Assembly: GCA_964606485.1 (NCBI GenBank)
Contig: CAZSGP010000001.1
Coordinates: 225,085-289,084 of the forward strand
DNA length: 64,000 bases
Direction: 5' to 3'
Source: an uncultured Planctomycetia bacterium
GTDB lineage: Bacteria; Omnitrophota; Gorgyraeia; 2-02-FULL-51-18
The notes under the pieces were generated by a model. That model had not been told where the DNA came from and ran no database searches. It saw only the letters and a program-made list of their open reading frames with translations. Shown piece by piece: positions 36,300 to 46,733 of this stretch. The first letter of the stretch is position 1. Each line of letters begins with the position of its first letter. A program made the position numbers and the translations under genes.

Positions 36300-37595
36300 G
36301 TGTATAAGTCTATTTTTTATACGATGCATTGGGTCTTGGTCGCACTACTCATGACGACAAGCGCATTTGCTGATACGGATGCGTTAAATTCCGACATTTT
36401 GGTAAGCGAAGTCTTGGAAAAAAATCCAGAGCTAAAAATATTTGAAGCCGAAATTACCGCAGCAAAAGGTTCTCGTACGACCGCTGGACTTTGGGTTAAT
36501 CCTGAAGTCAGCGGCTCGCTTGGTCAAAAACGTGTTTGGAATAAAGACGATGAGCTGACTGGTAAAGGCAAGACAGGTGACCTATCGGTCGCGCAGACAT
36601 TTGAATGGCCGGGACGAATCGGTTTGCGAAAAGCAATTGCAAGTAAGGACATTGAATTAGCAGAATTGGGATTGGAGCAATTTAAGGCGCTACTTGTATC
36701 ACGCACGAAGGTCGCAATCTATGAATTACTTGCGGCGCAGGAAAAGGCTGTGGCAACACGTGAAGTCGCCGAGCATTTCAGCGCTTTGCGTGAGGTGCTT
36801 GTCCAGCGTGGACAGGCGGGACTCACGCCTCAGCTTGAAACCCGCGTGATCGAGGCTATGGAACTAAATATGCAGAGGAAGGCAAGCCAGGCATCTCTTG
36901 CAGCCCAAGCCGCACTGTTTGACCTGAACCAACTAAGAGGTTCTTCACCTGATGCCATAGCGCCTCTTGCCCGGTTAAATTTCTCATTTGGCCCGCTTGA
37001 AAAAGATCAAAAAACGCTTGTGACGCTCGCAAAGTCGGCTGATTTTGTGGTTCGCCAGAGAAAGATTGAGCTGGCTCGACAGAATTTTAAGGTAGGTCTT
37101 GCAGAAAACGAGCGCTTGCCAGCCGTTTCTATCGGACCTTCTATTTCACAGGAAAGAGCGGGGGATCGCGAGCGCGTTATTGCCGCAGCTGTATCCGTGC
37201 CGCTGCCGTTATGGGATCGCAATCAAGGAAATATTGATTCGACGAGAGCGCAGAGAGTTCAGGCCGAGACAGCCTTAACGCTCGCCGAGCGTGAAGCAGA
37301 GCGGCGGGTGATCGAAGCAGTGGCCACGTACGAAATCAAACTCAAAGAAATGACAAAGTGGCAGCCAGATTCTATTGAACATTTTAGAGAAGCCGCAGAG
37401 CTTGCCGACCGTCACTACAGGTTGGGAGCGGTGCCCGTTTCGACTTATATCGAACTTCAAACGCAGTATCTTGAAACCATCGAAGGTTTGCAGGATACCA
37501 AGAAAGAAGCGCTCGAAGCCGCAAATCAATTGGATATTTTAACAGGAGTAAATCTGAAGCTCGCCTCTATTGCTACCGGGGAGGCAGCCAAATGA
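36300..37595 (+). CDS. czcC: Outer-membrane efflux protein (TolC/CzcC family).
   Basis: Signal peptide. Two-repeat OEP architecture. Operon with an MFP and an RND pump. Confidence 0.8.
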   Translation: MYKSIFYTMHWVLVALLMTTSAFADTDALNSDILVSEVLEKNPELKIFEAEITAAKGSRTTAGLWVNPEVSGSLGQKRVWNKDDELTGKGKTGDLSVAQTFEWPGRIGLRKAIASKDIELAELGLEQFKALLVSRTKVAIYELLAAQEKAVATREVAEHFSALREVLVQRGQAGLTPQLETRVIEAMELNMQRKASQASLAAQAALFDLNQLRGSSPDAIAPLARLNFSFGPLEKDQKTLVTLAKSADFVVRQRKIELARQNFKVGLAENERLPAVSIGPSISQERAGDRERVIAAAVSVPLPLWDRNQGNIDSTRAQRVQAETALTLAEREAERRVIEAVATYEIKLKEMTKWQPDSIEHFREAAELADRHYRLGAVPVSTYIELQTQYLETIEGLQDTKKEALEAANQLDILTGVNLKLASIATGEAAK

Positions 37596-38344
37596 AGTCT
37601 TCCAGGTTTTTCAACTATTTTCTGATGTTCTTAATGGCCGTATCTTTAGCAGGATGCGGCGCGAAGGAAAGTAAGGACGCCGAACATGAGGAGTCGCCGT
37701 CTGGCGCGTCATTTAAGCCCGGCAAGGGCGTCATGTTTACTGATGAGACGAGTAAAATCCTCGGTCTTGAGACCGTAGAAGTCATTGAAGAAAATCTACC
37801 GCAAGTAGTTCGCTTTAACGTTCAGATTTTTGGAGAAACACATCGGTTTACACATTTGAATATGGATCACACGGGATGCGATGTGCACGGCTCCGGATTT
37901 CTGACAGCGGAAAAAGCGTCTCTCGTAGAGGCGAAACAGCCAGTTAAATTACTGACAGATGGTAATGAAATATTAGACGGCTTTGTCGTAGCGGTTCAAA
38001 AGCAACTTGCCTATGACGAAACCGAGGTCATAGTCGGCGTTACTAGCGCAACCGCAAAACTCAAAGACGGAGAGTTTGTGGCTGCTACGATTACGCTGCC
38101 CCGCGAAAAAGCGGTAACTGTGGTTCCCAAATCGTCGCTTCTGCGCACTTCAGGTGGCATGTTTGTCTATGTGACAAACGGCAACGCCTATTCTCGAACC
38201 GCTGTAAAGACAGGAACTGAATCTGACAATAAAATTGAAATAACCGATGGTTTATTCGCGGGTGATTACGTTGTGGTAAAGCCCGTTGAAACCCTCTGGC
38301 TTATCGAGCTTCGTGCTACCAAAGGAGGGGGACACTCCCACTAA
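37592..38344 (+). CDS. czcB: Short, hairpin-less membrane-fusion (periplasmic adaptor) lipoprotein of an RND system.
   Basis: Lipobox 'SLAGCG'. MFP beta-barrel/membrane-proximal C-terminus 'VPKSSLLRTSGGMFVYV...GDYVVVKPVETL'. Only 250 aa with no alpha-hairpin region. A His-rich tail 'GGGHSH'. Confidence 0.6.
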   Translation: MKSSRFFNYFLMFLMAVSLAGCGAKESKDAEHEESPSGASFKPGKGVMFTDETSKILGLETVEVIEENLPQVVRFNVQIFGETHRFTHLNMDHTGCDVHGSGFLTAEKASLVEAKQPVKLLTDGNEILDGFVVAVQKQLAYDETEVIVGVTSATAKLKDGEFVAATITLPREKAVTVVPKSSLLRTSGGMFVYVTNGNAYSRTAVKTGTESDNKIEITDGLFAGDYVVVKPVETLWLIELRATKGGGHSH

Positions 38345-38346
38345 TT

Positions 38347-41300
38347 ATGCTAAACCAAATTTTAGAGTTTTCCGTTCGACAGAGGATGATTGTGATCATT
38401 GCCACGCTGGGCCTTGTTGGCATTGGTGTCTGGTCAGCAATTCGCTTGCCCATCGACGCAGTGCCCGATATCACCAATATTCAGGTGCAGGTTAACACGG
38501 AAGTGCCAGCACTTGCTCCCGAGGAGATCGAAAAGCTTGTCACGTTTCCGATAGAAAACGAAATGGCAGGTATTCCGGGGTTGACTGATCTTCGTTCCCT
38601 ATCCAAGTTTGGTCTCTCACAGGTCAACCTGGTCTTTAAGGATGGGACGGACATTTACCGTTCTCGACAACTTGTGAGCGAGCGTTTGCAAACGGTGACG
38701 GATGAACTTCCATCAGGTCTCACGCCGAAGCTTGCACCCATTAGCACCGGCCTTGGAGAAATATTTTATTACGTGATTGAGTATGCGCCTGATGCGCCTA
38801 AAAAATCTGCCACGCGTGAAGAGCAGCTTATGGAGCTTAAGCTCATTCACGATTTTCTCATTAAGCCACGCCTACGCTCGACCCCAGGTCTGGCAGAAGT
38901 CAATGCTTCAGGCGGTTACGAAAAGCAAATCGTTATTGAGGCCAACCCCGACAAACTTAAAAGTGTAGGTATGTCCTTTAGTGAAATTGCCGAGTCTATC
39001 GGCGAGAACGTAGAAAACGCAGGTGGTAGCGTGATCCAGATTGGCGGCGAACAGGTGGCTGTTCGGGCGGCGGGCCGGGTGCAAAGTATAGCGGAAATCG
39101 AGCAGTTGCCGCTTAAGTTCGGTGCGAGGGCAACACCGCTTCGGGTAAAGGATGTAGCCGAGGTTATTATCGGAAAAGCCGTGCGGGGCGGCGCTAGCAC
39201 TTACAACGGTGAAGAATGTGTCCTGGGTTCTGCGCTCATGCTTGCAGGGGAAAATAGCCGATTGGTCGCAAAAGCTGTTGATGAGAAGCTGAAAGAGCTA
39301 GGAAGCAAACTGCCTGAGGGCGTAAAGATTATCCCAGTTTATGACCGAACATTACTTGTTGACCGCACGATTCATACGGTCGAATCGAGTTTATTTGAAG
39401 GCGCAATCCTTGTTGTTGCCGTTTTACTTGTGATGTTAGGCAACTGGCGGGCTGCGCTAATTGTGACATTGGCCATTCCGCTTTCTATGCTCTTTGCCAT
39501 CACAGGCATGGTGCAAGGCAGGGTCTCAGGAAATCTTATGAGTTTGGGGGCCATTGATTTTGGACTCATAGTAGACGGTGCGGTTGTGATGGTTGAAAAC
39601 ATTATTCGCCATCTTGCTGAGAAACAGCATGAGCTTAAAAGGCGGCTCACTCCACCCGAGCGAACGCAAGAGGTGCTCTTAGCGACAAAAGAAGTGGCTA
39701 ATCCCATGTTTTTTGGAGTTCTTATTATTACGGTCGTTTATTTTCCGATCCTTGCGCTCACAGGTATCGAAGGAAAGATGTTTAGGCCTATGGCCATTAC
39801 CGTAATTTTTGCGCTGATGGGCTCACTTGTTCTAGCGCTGACCTTAATGCCTGCTCTGTGCTCTTACTTTTTGGGAGGTAACATTAAGGAAAAGGATTCG
39901 TGGCTCGTAAGTATGGCCAAGAAAGCGTATACACCGACTCTCGTTTTTGCGCTACGCTCAAGAAAAATTGTGATCGGCGTGGGTGTGACTCTGGTTATTT
40001 TAGCAATGCTTGTCTTTAATCGGCTGGGGGCAGAATTTGTCCCGCAGCTTGATGAAGGTTCATTTGCTACACATATGATCCGCACCACAAGCATTGACAT
40101 TGATGCCAGCATCGATATGCAGAAGCGTGGTGAGAAGATGCTCTTAGAAAAGTTCCCCGAGGTGGATTATATTTTTAGTCGCCTAGGAACGGCAGAAGTT
40201 GCCACCGACCCCATGGGTGTCAATGTCGCTGACACCTATATCATGTTCAAACCGCAGAATACTTGGCGAAAAATAAACGGGAGGCGTGCCACTAAAGATG
40301 ATTTAGCAAATCTTATGACGATGGAACTTGGCAAACATGTCCCCGGAGAGGCGCATCTGTTTAGCCAGCCCATTGAAATGCGTTTTAACGAAATTCTTGA
40401 AGGGACTCGAGCTGACATCGCTGTAAAAATATTTGGTGAAGATTTTGCAGTGATTGAAAAGATTGCGAGTGAGGCTCGTGAGATACTCGAGAAAGTGCCG
40501 GGTGCGGCAGACGTTGAGTTTGATGCCATGGGTAGAGCGCCGCTGCTGGAGATCATTCCAAAGCGATCTGCTATGAGCAAATATAATCTACACGCTGCAG
40601 AACTGAATCGAGTGGTGGAGACTGCCCTTGCCGGGCAGGAAGTTGGTAAATTAATTGAAGGCAACCGCCGCTTTGACATTGTGGTGCGTCTTAGCGAGGA
40701 TCTTCGGGAAAATATAGATGAGCTCAAGCGCTTGCCTGTGCGTGTGGACGATGGCGGGCTATTGACGCTTGGGCAAGTGGCTGATTTTCGTGTGGGCGAA
40801 CAGGTGGCGGCCATATCTCGCGAATACAGTCAGCGCCGTGGAGCTATCATGATCAATCTTCGAGGCCGGGATGTAGAAAGTTTTGTCCTTGAAGCACAGA
40901 AGAAAATCGCTGCAGAGATCAAGCTTCCTGAGGGCTACAGTATCGAGTTTGGTGGCCAGTTTAAGAACCTTATCGATGCAAAACGTCGGTTAGCTGTGGT
41001 TGTTCCGGGGGCGATGTCGCTCATCTTTATCCTGATTTTTGTAGCGCTTCGCAGTTTTCGTCAATCGCTTCTTGTTTTCTTGGCGGTGCCTCTGGCTGTA
41101 ACCGGGGGGATATTTGCGCTTGGACTCAGAGGGCTGCCGTTTAGTATTTCAGCGGGGGTCGGTTTTATCGCTGTAAGCGGCATCGCGGTCTTGAACGGCC
41201 TCATGATCATTACGTTCTTTAATCAGCTCAGGACGCGAGGAACGGATCTTCATACAACCGTTAAGGATGGGTCCCTTCTTCGTTTGCGTCCCATGCTTAT

Positions 41301-41499
41301 GACAGCACTCGTCGCTTCGCTTGGTTTTGTCCCAATGGCTATTGCCACCGGTGCCGGAGGCGAAGTCCAGCGCCCTCTGGCTACGGTAGTCATAGGTGGG
41401 ATTATCACTTCAACTTTTCTGACACTCGTATTGTTACCTGTGCTTTATGAGTGGATGGAAGGAAAAAATGCTAACGGAAAAATAGGAGTAAAAATATGA
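38347..41499 (+). CDS. czcA: Heavy-metal efflux RND transporter (CzcA/HME family).
   Basis: 1050 aa, 12-TM RND architecture. HME-type motifs (e.g. 'AIDFGLIVDGAVVMVEN'). Confidence 0.9.
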   Translation: MLNQILEFSVRQRMIVIIATLGLVGIGVWSAIRLPIDAVPDITNIQVQVNTEVPALAPEEIEKLVTFPIENEMAGIPGLTDLRSLSKFGLSQVNLVFKDGTDIYRSRQLVSERLQTVTDELPSGLTPKLAPISTGLGEIFYYVIEYAPDAPKKSATREEQLMELKLIHDFLIKPRLRSTPGLAEVNASGGYEKQIVIEANPDKLKSVGMSFSEIAESIGENVENAGGSVIQIGGEQVAVRAAGRVQSIAEIEQLPLKFGARATPLRVKDVAEVIIGKAVRGGASTYNGEECVLGSALMLAGENSRLVAKAVDEKLKELGSKLPEGVKIIPVYDRTLLVDRTIHTVESSLFEGAILVVAVLLVMLGNWRAALIVTLAIPLSMLFAITGMVQGRVSGNLMSLGAIDFGLIVDGAVVMVENIIRHLAEKQHELKRRLTPPERTQEVLLATKEVANPMFFGVLIITVVYFPILALTGIEGKMFRPMAITVIFALMGSLVLALTLMPALCSYFLGGNIKEKDSWLVSMAKKAYTPTLVFALRSRKIVIGVGVTLVILAMLVFNRLGAEFVPQLDEGSFATHMIRTTSIDIDASIDMQKRGEKMLLEKFPEVDYIFSRLGTAEVATDPMGVNVADTYIMFKPQNTWRKINGRRATKDDLANLMTMELGKHVPGEAHLFSQPIEMRFNEILEGTRADIAVKIFGEDFAVIEKIASEAREILEKVPGAADVEFDAMGRAPLLEIIPKRSAMSKYNLHAAELNRVVETALAGQEVGKLIEGNRRFDIVVRLSEDLRENIDELKRLPVRVDDGGLLTLGQVADFRVGEQVAAISREYSQRRGAIMINLRGRDVESFVLEAQKKIAAEIKLPEGYSIEFGGQFKNLIDAKRRLAVVVPGAMSLIFILIFVALRSFRQSLLVFLAVPLAVTGGIFALGLRGLPFSISAGVGFIAVSGIAVLNGLMIITFFNQLRTRGTDLHTTVKDGSLLRLRPMLMTALVASLGFVPMAIATGAGGEVQRPLATVVIGGIITSTFLTLVLLPVLYEWMEGKNANGKIGVKI

Positions 41500-41957
41500 A
41501 AACAGTATTCGCCTTATTCGCTCTCGTAGGAGTTCTCTGCGCTGCGCCTGCTATTTTAAACGCCGAAACAGGCCATGACCATGATCACAAGCAGTCGGGC
41601 GGCCCTAAAGGTGGGCGTTTTCTTGAAAATACGGACCCTCGCGCCGAGTTTTATGTCGAAAAAGATAACACAGTTACCGTTACTTTTTACGATGATGCAC
41701 TAAAGCCTGTTGCCGCTACTGACCAAAGCGTGACCGTCATTGCCGAGGCCAATGGCGAAAAAACACAGCTTGAGTTTGAAAAAAATGGCGATGTGCTTGT
41801 GAGTAAAGGAAAATTACCCGAAGCCGAAGGCTCTAATCTTGTCGTGCAGTTTAGGCAGTCAGTGGAGGCCAAACCGATCAACTTCCGGTTTGCATTGGAA
41901 AAAGGGATGTGCGACGTGTGCAAGCGGGCAGAGTACGCCTGTATTTGCGAACATTAA
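41496..41957 (+). CDS. Periplasmic His-rich / C-terminal Cys-cluster metal-binding protein.
   Basis: Signal peptide. 'ETGHDHDHKQSGG'. C-terminus 'CDVCKRAEYACICEH'. Confidence 0.5.
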   Translation: MKTVFALFALVGVLCAAPAILNAETGHDHDHKQSGGPKGGRFLENTDPRAEFYVEKDNTVTVTFYDDALKPVAATDQSVTVIAEANGEKTQLEFEKNGDVLVSKGKLPEAEGSNLVVQFRQSVEAKPINFRFALEKGMCDVCKRAEYACICEH

Positions 41958-42598
41958 AGGCACGACTACGAGGACATCTAGTGACTAAGTGTGGATGCAA
42001 TGATACGCCAAACGAAATAAATCCTGGATTCAGAAAGGCGGTCAAGATCGTCGCCCTCTTGAATCTGAGTTATTTTTTCATCGAGTTTGTTGTGGCTCGC
42101 AGCATTGGCTCTGTTTCTCTCTTTGCCGACAGCGTCGATTTCTTAGAAGATGCGTCGGTAAATCTCTTGATTCTTATTGCGATGAATTGGAGCAGCGTTC
42201 ATCGCGCCCGTGTGGGCATGTTACTGGCAGCTCTTATTCTCATTCCCGGCGCATCGGCACTTTGGGCGGCAGGGCAAAAGTTCTTTCTGTTTATCCCCCC
42301 GTCACCGGTTTCGCTATCAATTACGGGCGCAGGGGCGCTAGTTGTAAACTTCTCATGCGCACTTTTATTGACACGCTATCGGGAGCATTCGGGAAGCATG
42401 GCACGGGCAGCATTTCTTTCTGCCAGAAATGACGTGCTAGCCAATATTGCAATCATAGCCGCAGGGCTTATCACTGTTCTCATTCCCACCGCATGGCCAG
42501 ATTTAGTTGTCGGGCTTGCCATAGCTTTTATGAACATTGGAGCGGCTAAAGAGGTTTTTGAGGCAGCAAAGGAAGAACACGAGGAAGCCAGCGCTTGA
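41909..42598 (+). CDS. czcD: Cation diffusion facilitator family transporter (CzcD-like), N-terminal portion only.
   Basis: CDF-like TM helices ('IVALLNLSYFFIEFVVARSIGSVSLFADSVDFLEDA'). No cytoplasmic C-terminal domain. The start is uncertain and possibly an internal GTG. Confidence 0.6.
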   Translation: MRRVQAGRVRLYLRTLKARLRGHLVTKCGCNDTPNEINPGFRKAVKIVALLNLSYFFIEFVVARSIGSVSLFADSVDFLEDASVNLLILIAMNWSSVHRARVGMLLAALILIPGASALWAAGQKFFLFIPPSPVSLSITGAGALVVNFSCALLLTRYREHSGSMARAAFLSARNDVLANIAIIAAGLITVLIPTAWPDLVVGLAIAFMNIGAAKEVFEAAKEEHEEASA

Positions 42599-42663
42599 TC
42601 AAGCTTGTATAGTGACTATCATTGCTATCTGTATTAGATAGAGCTATAATCAAAAAATAATAT

Positions 42664-43080
42664 ATGAGAACAATTTATAAAGCCACCTCAACAGCGTTAG
42701 TTGTTTTTTTTCTACTTGCCTGCAATTTCTGTTTGGTAGAATGCACGTTCGCTTCGGAAGAACACGACCATTCGGCGAAAGTAAATGATGCTTCCGATCA
42801 CCACCATGGATCAGAAGAAAACCAGCAGCAATCCGATTCAGAAAAGCATGATGCCGCGTCTTTATGCTGTTCTTCGCTAGTAGCAGTCAAAAATATTTCA
42901 GATATTTCTGCAGGCTCAAAATATCTTAAAGAATCATTTTCTCAGGTTGCAGTATTTGAAGGAATTATTCCAAAGTTAAATAATGACTCTAAGTACGAAA
43001 TCGAATTTCCTCCGGGGGTATCACCGCCCTCGGTTTTTCTTTTAACCCACTTCACCCACGCACCTCCGGTTTCCCTCTAA
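42664..43080 (+). CDS. Secreted His-rich protein (putative metal-binding).
   Basis: Signal peptide. 'HDHSAKVNDASDHHHGSEEN'. Confidence 0.4.
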   Translation: MRTIYKATSTALVVFFLLACNFCLVECTFASEEHDHSAKVNDASDHHHGSEENQQQSDSEKHDAASLCCSSLVAVKNISDISAGSKYLKESFSQVAVFEGIIPKLNNDSKYEIEFPPGVSPPSVFLLTHFTHAPPVSL

Positions 43081-43154
43081 GCATTTCTTCGGAAAAAGCT
43101 AATTAGTAGCTTTTTCTTTCTTTTATTATTTTCAAATCAACGAAATGGTGGTTT

Positions 43155-44516
43155 ATGAATCGAAAAAAGAACTTATCTGTTCTATGTTTTCTTTTAGGAA
43201 ACTTATCCGCCCAAGTAGCGATGGCGGGCGATGCGGATCTTGCCAGGATCTCAAAAGACGTCTCTTCTCGAATTGATTTCAAAGTAGAGAGGACAAAATC
43301 AAGCACAGCGGGTGATTCTCAAGCTTTTTTCAAAGCGCCGCTTACAGTTGAAAGCGCTGTCCAAACGGCTCTTTCAAACAATCAATCCCTCCAAGCTGTT
43401 TTAGAATCTTGGGGTATCGCTAAAGCAGATTTTAATAGGACGCGACTACCTGAGAAGCCTGTCTTTGATGCCAGTTATCGAGTTCCGGATCACGACATTA
43501 ACGACAATGTTGAATTTGCCATCGAACAAGATTTCCTGAGCTTTGTTCTTTTTCCTTTAAAGAGCAACCTCGCTGGAGCCGAGCTTCACAAGGCGGAGCT
43601 CGAGATCACAAAAGAAGTCTTGGATCTGGTTTTCGACGTGAAATCCGCTTTCTATGAAGTCCAAGGTGAAACGGCGATGCTTGCCATGCGTAAAAGAGTG
43701 CTGGTGCAGGCCGAAGCTTCAGAAGAGTTGGCCAAGCGGCAGTTTGAAGCAGGTAACATCAGCGAACTTAAACTCGCAAGCGAAAGATCCATTTATCAAG
43801 ATAACAAACTTGAATACTTAAAAGCGGAAGCCGATCTCGTCCTAAAGACCGAAAGCTTAAATCGCCTCATGGGGTTTGGCGGAGAAGATCCATCATGGGA
43901 AGTAAAGGAAGAACTCGAGGAAATCCATGTTTCTGAGCCGTCTTATGACGAGCTTCTTTCAATAGGAATGTCAAAAAGGCTCGATCTTCTTATTGCCAGA
44001 AAAAATGTTGAAGCGCTAAGACACGCGCTATCGCTTAATCGTTTCGGCGTCTTGGGTCACCCGGAAGTAGGAATTAGCACCGAGAAAGATGTCGAAGGTG
44101 GGCGTGTCACAGGCCCTACCTTGCGGACGGAAGTTCCTATCTATGATCTTGGGCAGACTGAAGTTTCAAGGTCGGGTGCCGAGCTGAAACAGGCAGAGCT
44201 TAAACTTAAAGCTCTTGAAAACGACGTTCGCTCACAAATCAAACAGAAGAGAGACCATCTTTTTGCGATGCGGACACTTGTCGAGCAATATAAAAATTCT
44301 GTTATTCCAATCAAAGAAAAAGTAACAGGTGAAACGCTCAAACATCAGAACTACATGCTGGTGGGCAATTATGAACTCATTCGCGCCAAGCAAGAAGAGA
44401 TCCTTGCGAATAAAGAATACATAGAAGTCTTAAAGGACTATTGGATTGCAAGGTCTGATCTTGAGAAGGCTGTCAGCTCAAAGCTGCCAAATCACCAGGG
44501 AGGAACTCATGAGTAA
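43155..44516 (+). CDS. Outer-membrane efflux protein (TolC/CusC-like).
   Basis: Signal peptide. OEP repeat architecture. 453 aa. Confidence 0.75.
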   Translation: MNRKKNLSVLCFLLGNLSAQVAMAGDADLARISKDVSSRIDFKVERTKSSTAGDSQAFFKAPLTVESAVQTALSNNQSLQAVLESWGIAKADFNRTRLPEKPVFDASYRVPDHDINDNVEFAIEQDFLSFVLFPLKSNLAGAELHKAELEITKEVLDLVFDVKSAFYEVQGETAMLAMRKRVLVQAEASEELAKRQFEAGNISELKLASERSIYQDNKLEYLKAEADLVLKTESLNRLMGFGGEDPSWEVKEELEEIHVSEPSYDELLSIGMSKRLDLLIARKNVEALRHALSLNRFGVLGHPEVGISTEKDVEGGRVTGPTLRTEVPIYDLGQTEVSRSGAELKQAELKLKALENDVRSQIKQKRDHLFAMRTLVEQYKNSVIPIKEKVTGETLKHQNYMLVGNYELIRAKQEEILANKEYIEVLKDYWIARSDLEKAVSSKLPNHQGGTHE

Positions 44517-45933
44517 GAAATTTTTATTCGCATTATTGGTTGGTTTTTTTCTAGTCCAAGGCCCTACTGTGAAAGCCGAGGATTTGCCCTATACACCTGT
44601 TGTTACACTAAATGGCTCAACGCTTCCCTGGAAAATGGTGGATGGGGTTAAGGAATTTCATTTGATTGCGGAGGCCGTTGAATGGGAAGTGGCTCCCGGG
44701 ATGAAAATCAAAGCTTGGGGTTATAACGGGCAAACCCCCGGACCTACGATCGAGGCGGTGGAAGGAGACCGCGTCAGGATTCTTGTGACCAATAATTTTC
44801 CGGAGCCTACAGCTGTTCACTGGCATGGCCTCATATTGCCAAGTGGCATGGATGGTGTTCAGGGGCTTAATCAAAAAGCTATCATGCCGGGTGAAACATT
44901 CTCTTACGAATTCACTCTTAACCAACATGGTACCCAAATGTATCACTCCCACGGAGATGAAATGGTTCAGATGGGAATGGGGGCCATGGGATTTTTTATC
45001 ATTCATCCCAAGCACAGATCTCCGAAGATCGATAGAGATTATGCAATTTTTTTAAACGAATGGTTTGTCGAGCCAGGAAGTTCAAGACCTGACCCGAATG
45101 TGATGACTGAATTCAATATTTTTACGTTCAATAGCCGTGCGTTTCCAGGCACTGCACCTCTTCTTGCAAGACCAGGAGAACGTGTTCGCGTCCGTGTAGC
45201 GCATGTGGGACAGGATTTCCACGCGATTCACATGCATGGGCACAACTTCAAGATAGTGGCCACAGACGGTGGGGATATCCCCGAATCCGCCCAGTGGCCT
45301 GAAACCACGGTGGCTATTGGTCCCGGTCAAACACGGGACTACGAGTTTATTGCTATTCCTGGCGACTGGGCGCTTCACTGTCATTTGCGCCACCACCCCA
45401 TGAATGCAATGGGCCATGCTATTCCCAATCTCTTGGGAGTCAGCCAAAAAGGCATTGAGGAAACGATCAAAAAAGAGATCCCGGAGTACATGGCTATGGG
45501 TGAAACCGGCATGGGTGAACACGCCGATCACGCCAAGCACATGAAAGGCCCTGATAACACGCTTCCCATGATGGGTGGCGACGGCCCTTTTGGAAATGTC
45601 GGCATGGGTGGCATGTTTACTATTCTCAAAGTGCATGATGATATTCCAAATTTCAAAAACGCTGAGGAATATACAAAACAGGTGCAGCTACCCGGTGATT
45701 TTGGATGGTATAAAAACCCTCCCGGAACCGTGTCAGATATAGCGCCTGGCTATGAACAAAAAATGGATGTTTCCGGAAAGATTTACGTCTGCCCTATGCA
45801 TTCGGAAGTGCGGCAAAATACCCCAGGGCAATGTCCGAAATGCGGAATGAATTTAAAGCCTGAGTTAGATGCAGAAAGTAAGGAGGGTGACCCCAATACT
45901 TTCAAAGCAGTCGCTCCTCCGCACAAACATTAA
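44509..45933 (+). CDS. Multicopper oxidase (CopA/CueO-like) with a C-terminal CPMH...CPKCGM heavy-metal-binding domain.
   Basis: Signal peptide at the internal Met. Copper ligands 'HWHG', 'HSHGDE', 'HAIHMHGH' and 'HCHLRHH'. A Met/His-rich insert. C-terminus 'YVCPMHSEVRQNTPGQCPKCGM'. Confidence 0.8.
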   Translation: MSKKFLFALLVGFFLVQGPTVKAEDLPYTPVVTLNGSTLPWKMVDGVKEFHLIAEAVEWEVAPGMKIKAWGYNGQTPGPTIEAVEGDRVRILVTNNFPEPTAVHWHGLILPSGMDGVQGLNQKAIMPGETFSYEFTLNQHGTQMYHSHGDEMVQMGMGAMGFFIIHPKHRSPKIDRDYAIFLNEWFVEPGSSRPDPNVMTEFNIFTFNSRAFPGTAPLLARPGERVRVRVAHVGQDFHAIHMHGHNFKIVATDGGDIPESAQWPETTVAIGPGQTRDYEFIAIPGDWALHCHLRHHPMNAMGHAIPNLLGVSQKGIEETIKKEIPEYMAMGETGMGEHADHAKHMKGPDNTLPMMGGDGPFGNVGMGGMFTILKVHDDIPNFKNAEEYTKQVQLPGDFGWYKNPPGTVSDIAPGYEQKMDVSGKIYVCPMHSEVRQNTPGQCPKCGMNLKPELDAESKEGDPNTFKAVAPPHKH

Positions 45934-45948
45934 AAAAGGGAGGTTCCT

Positions 45949-46311
45949 ATGAAAAAGAAGGTGACGCTTTTACTTTTGGTCGTGGCTGGGTTTATTGCTG
46001 CGCCCATGTATTCCTTGGCTGAAAACCAGGGATTAAAAGCGAATGAAGTTTGCATGATGAACAACAAGTTCTTTGGAAAGGAACAAATCCCAGTCGAGGT
46101 GGAAGGGAAAACTTATTACGGTTGTTGCCAAGGTTGCAAAACAACCTTAAAAGAGAACCCGGCGACCCGCAAGTCCATTGACCCCTACACAGGAAAGGAG
46201 GTTGATAAAGCCGATGCCTTTATTGTTAAAAAGCCAAACGGATCGGACGAAGTTCTCTACTTTGAATCTAAAGAAACTTACGAGAGCTTTATAAAGAAAC
46301 ACATACAATAA
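45949..46311 (+). CDS. Secreted YHS/TRASH-like metal-binding protein.
   Basis: Signal peptide. 'GKTYYGCCQGCKTTLKENP'. Confidence 0.45.
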   Translation: MKKKVTLLLLVVAGFIAAPMYSLAENQGLKANEVCMMNNKFFGKEQIPVEVEGKTYYGCCQGCKTTLKENPATRKSIDPYTGKEVDKADAFIVKKPNGSDEVLYFESKETYESFIKKHIQ

Positions 46312-46325
46312 CAAAAGGAGACGAA

Positions 46326-46730
46326 GTGATGAAAAAAGCATTAGCATTAGGAATTGCATTGGGCTTACCGGCTTTTTTGGGATGGGGCATGGCTTTTGCT
46401 GAAGAAGGGCACCATGACCACGGAGGTCATGATCATACGGCAGGTGGTTCGGTAACAATTAAAGGCGAGCTTGTCGACTCGCTCTGCTACGTGGGAATGG
46501 CAGCCAAAGGGCCCGGGCACAAGCAGTGCGCGATTGATTGCGCGAAAGCAGGTATCCCGATAAGTATCGTTGAAGATGGAACCGGAAAAACGTATACGGT
46601 TCTTCCAAAAGAAGATAAAACAGGCTACCCCGCAGATGTTATTAGTAAAATGGGCGACAAGGTCACCCTGAAAGGCGACCTTTATGAAAACGGCGGCAAT
46701 AAGTATGTGGCCGTCGAGTCGGTGGAGTAA
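46326..46730 (+). CDS. Periplasmic His-rich metal-binding protein.
   Basis: Signal peptide. 'EEGHHDHGGHDHTAGG'. Cys pairs. Confidence 0.45.
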   Translation: MMKKALALGIALGLPAFLGWGMAFAEEGHHDHGGHDHTAGGSVTIKGELVDSLCYVGMAAKGPGHKQCAIDCAKAGIPISIVEDGTGKTYTVLPKEDKTGYPADVISKMGDKVTLKGDLYENGGNKYVAVESVE

Positions 46731-46733
46731 GCC

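Noticed and set aside
38916-40814. Several 80-190-aa antisense ORFs inside czcA (38916-39200, 39372-39707, 39864-40112, 40236-40814). Similar antisense ORFs lie in cusA, gspE, atpA/atpD and the giant surface protein gene.
   Set aside because: They are entirely embedded opposite long, well-supported genes. They have low-complexity Ser/Ala/Arg-rich translations and no RBS or motif support. They are spurious.
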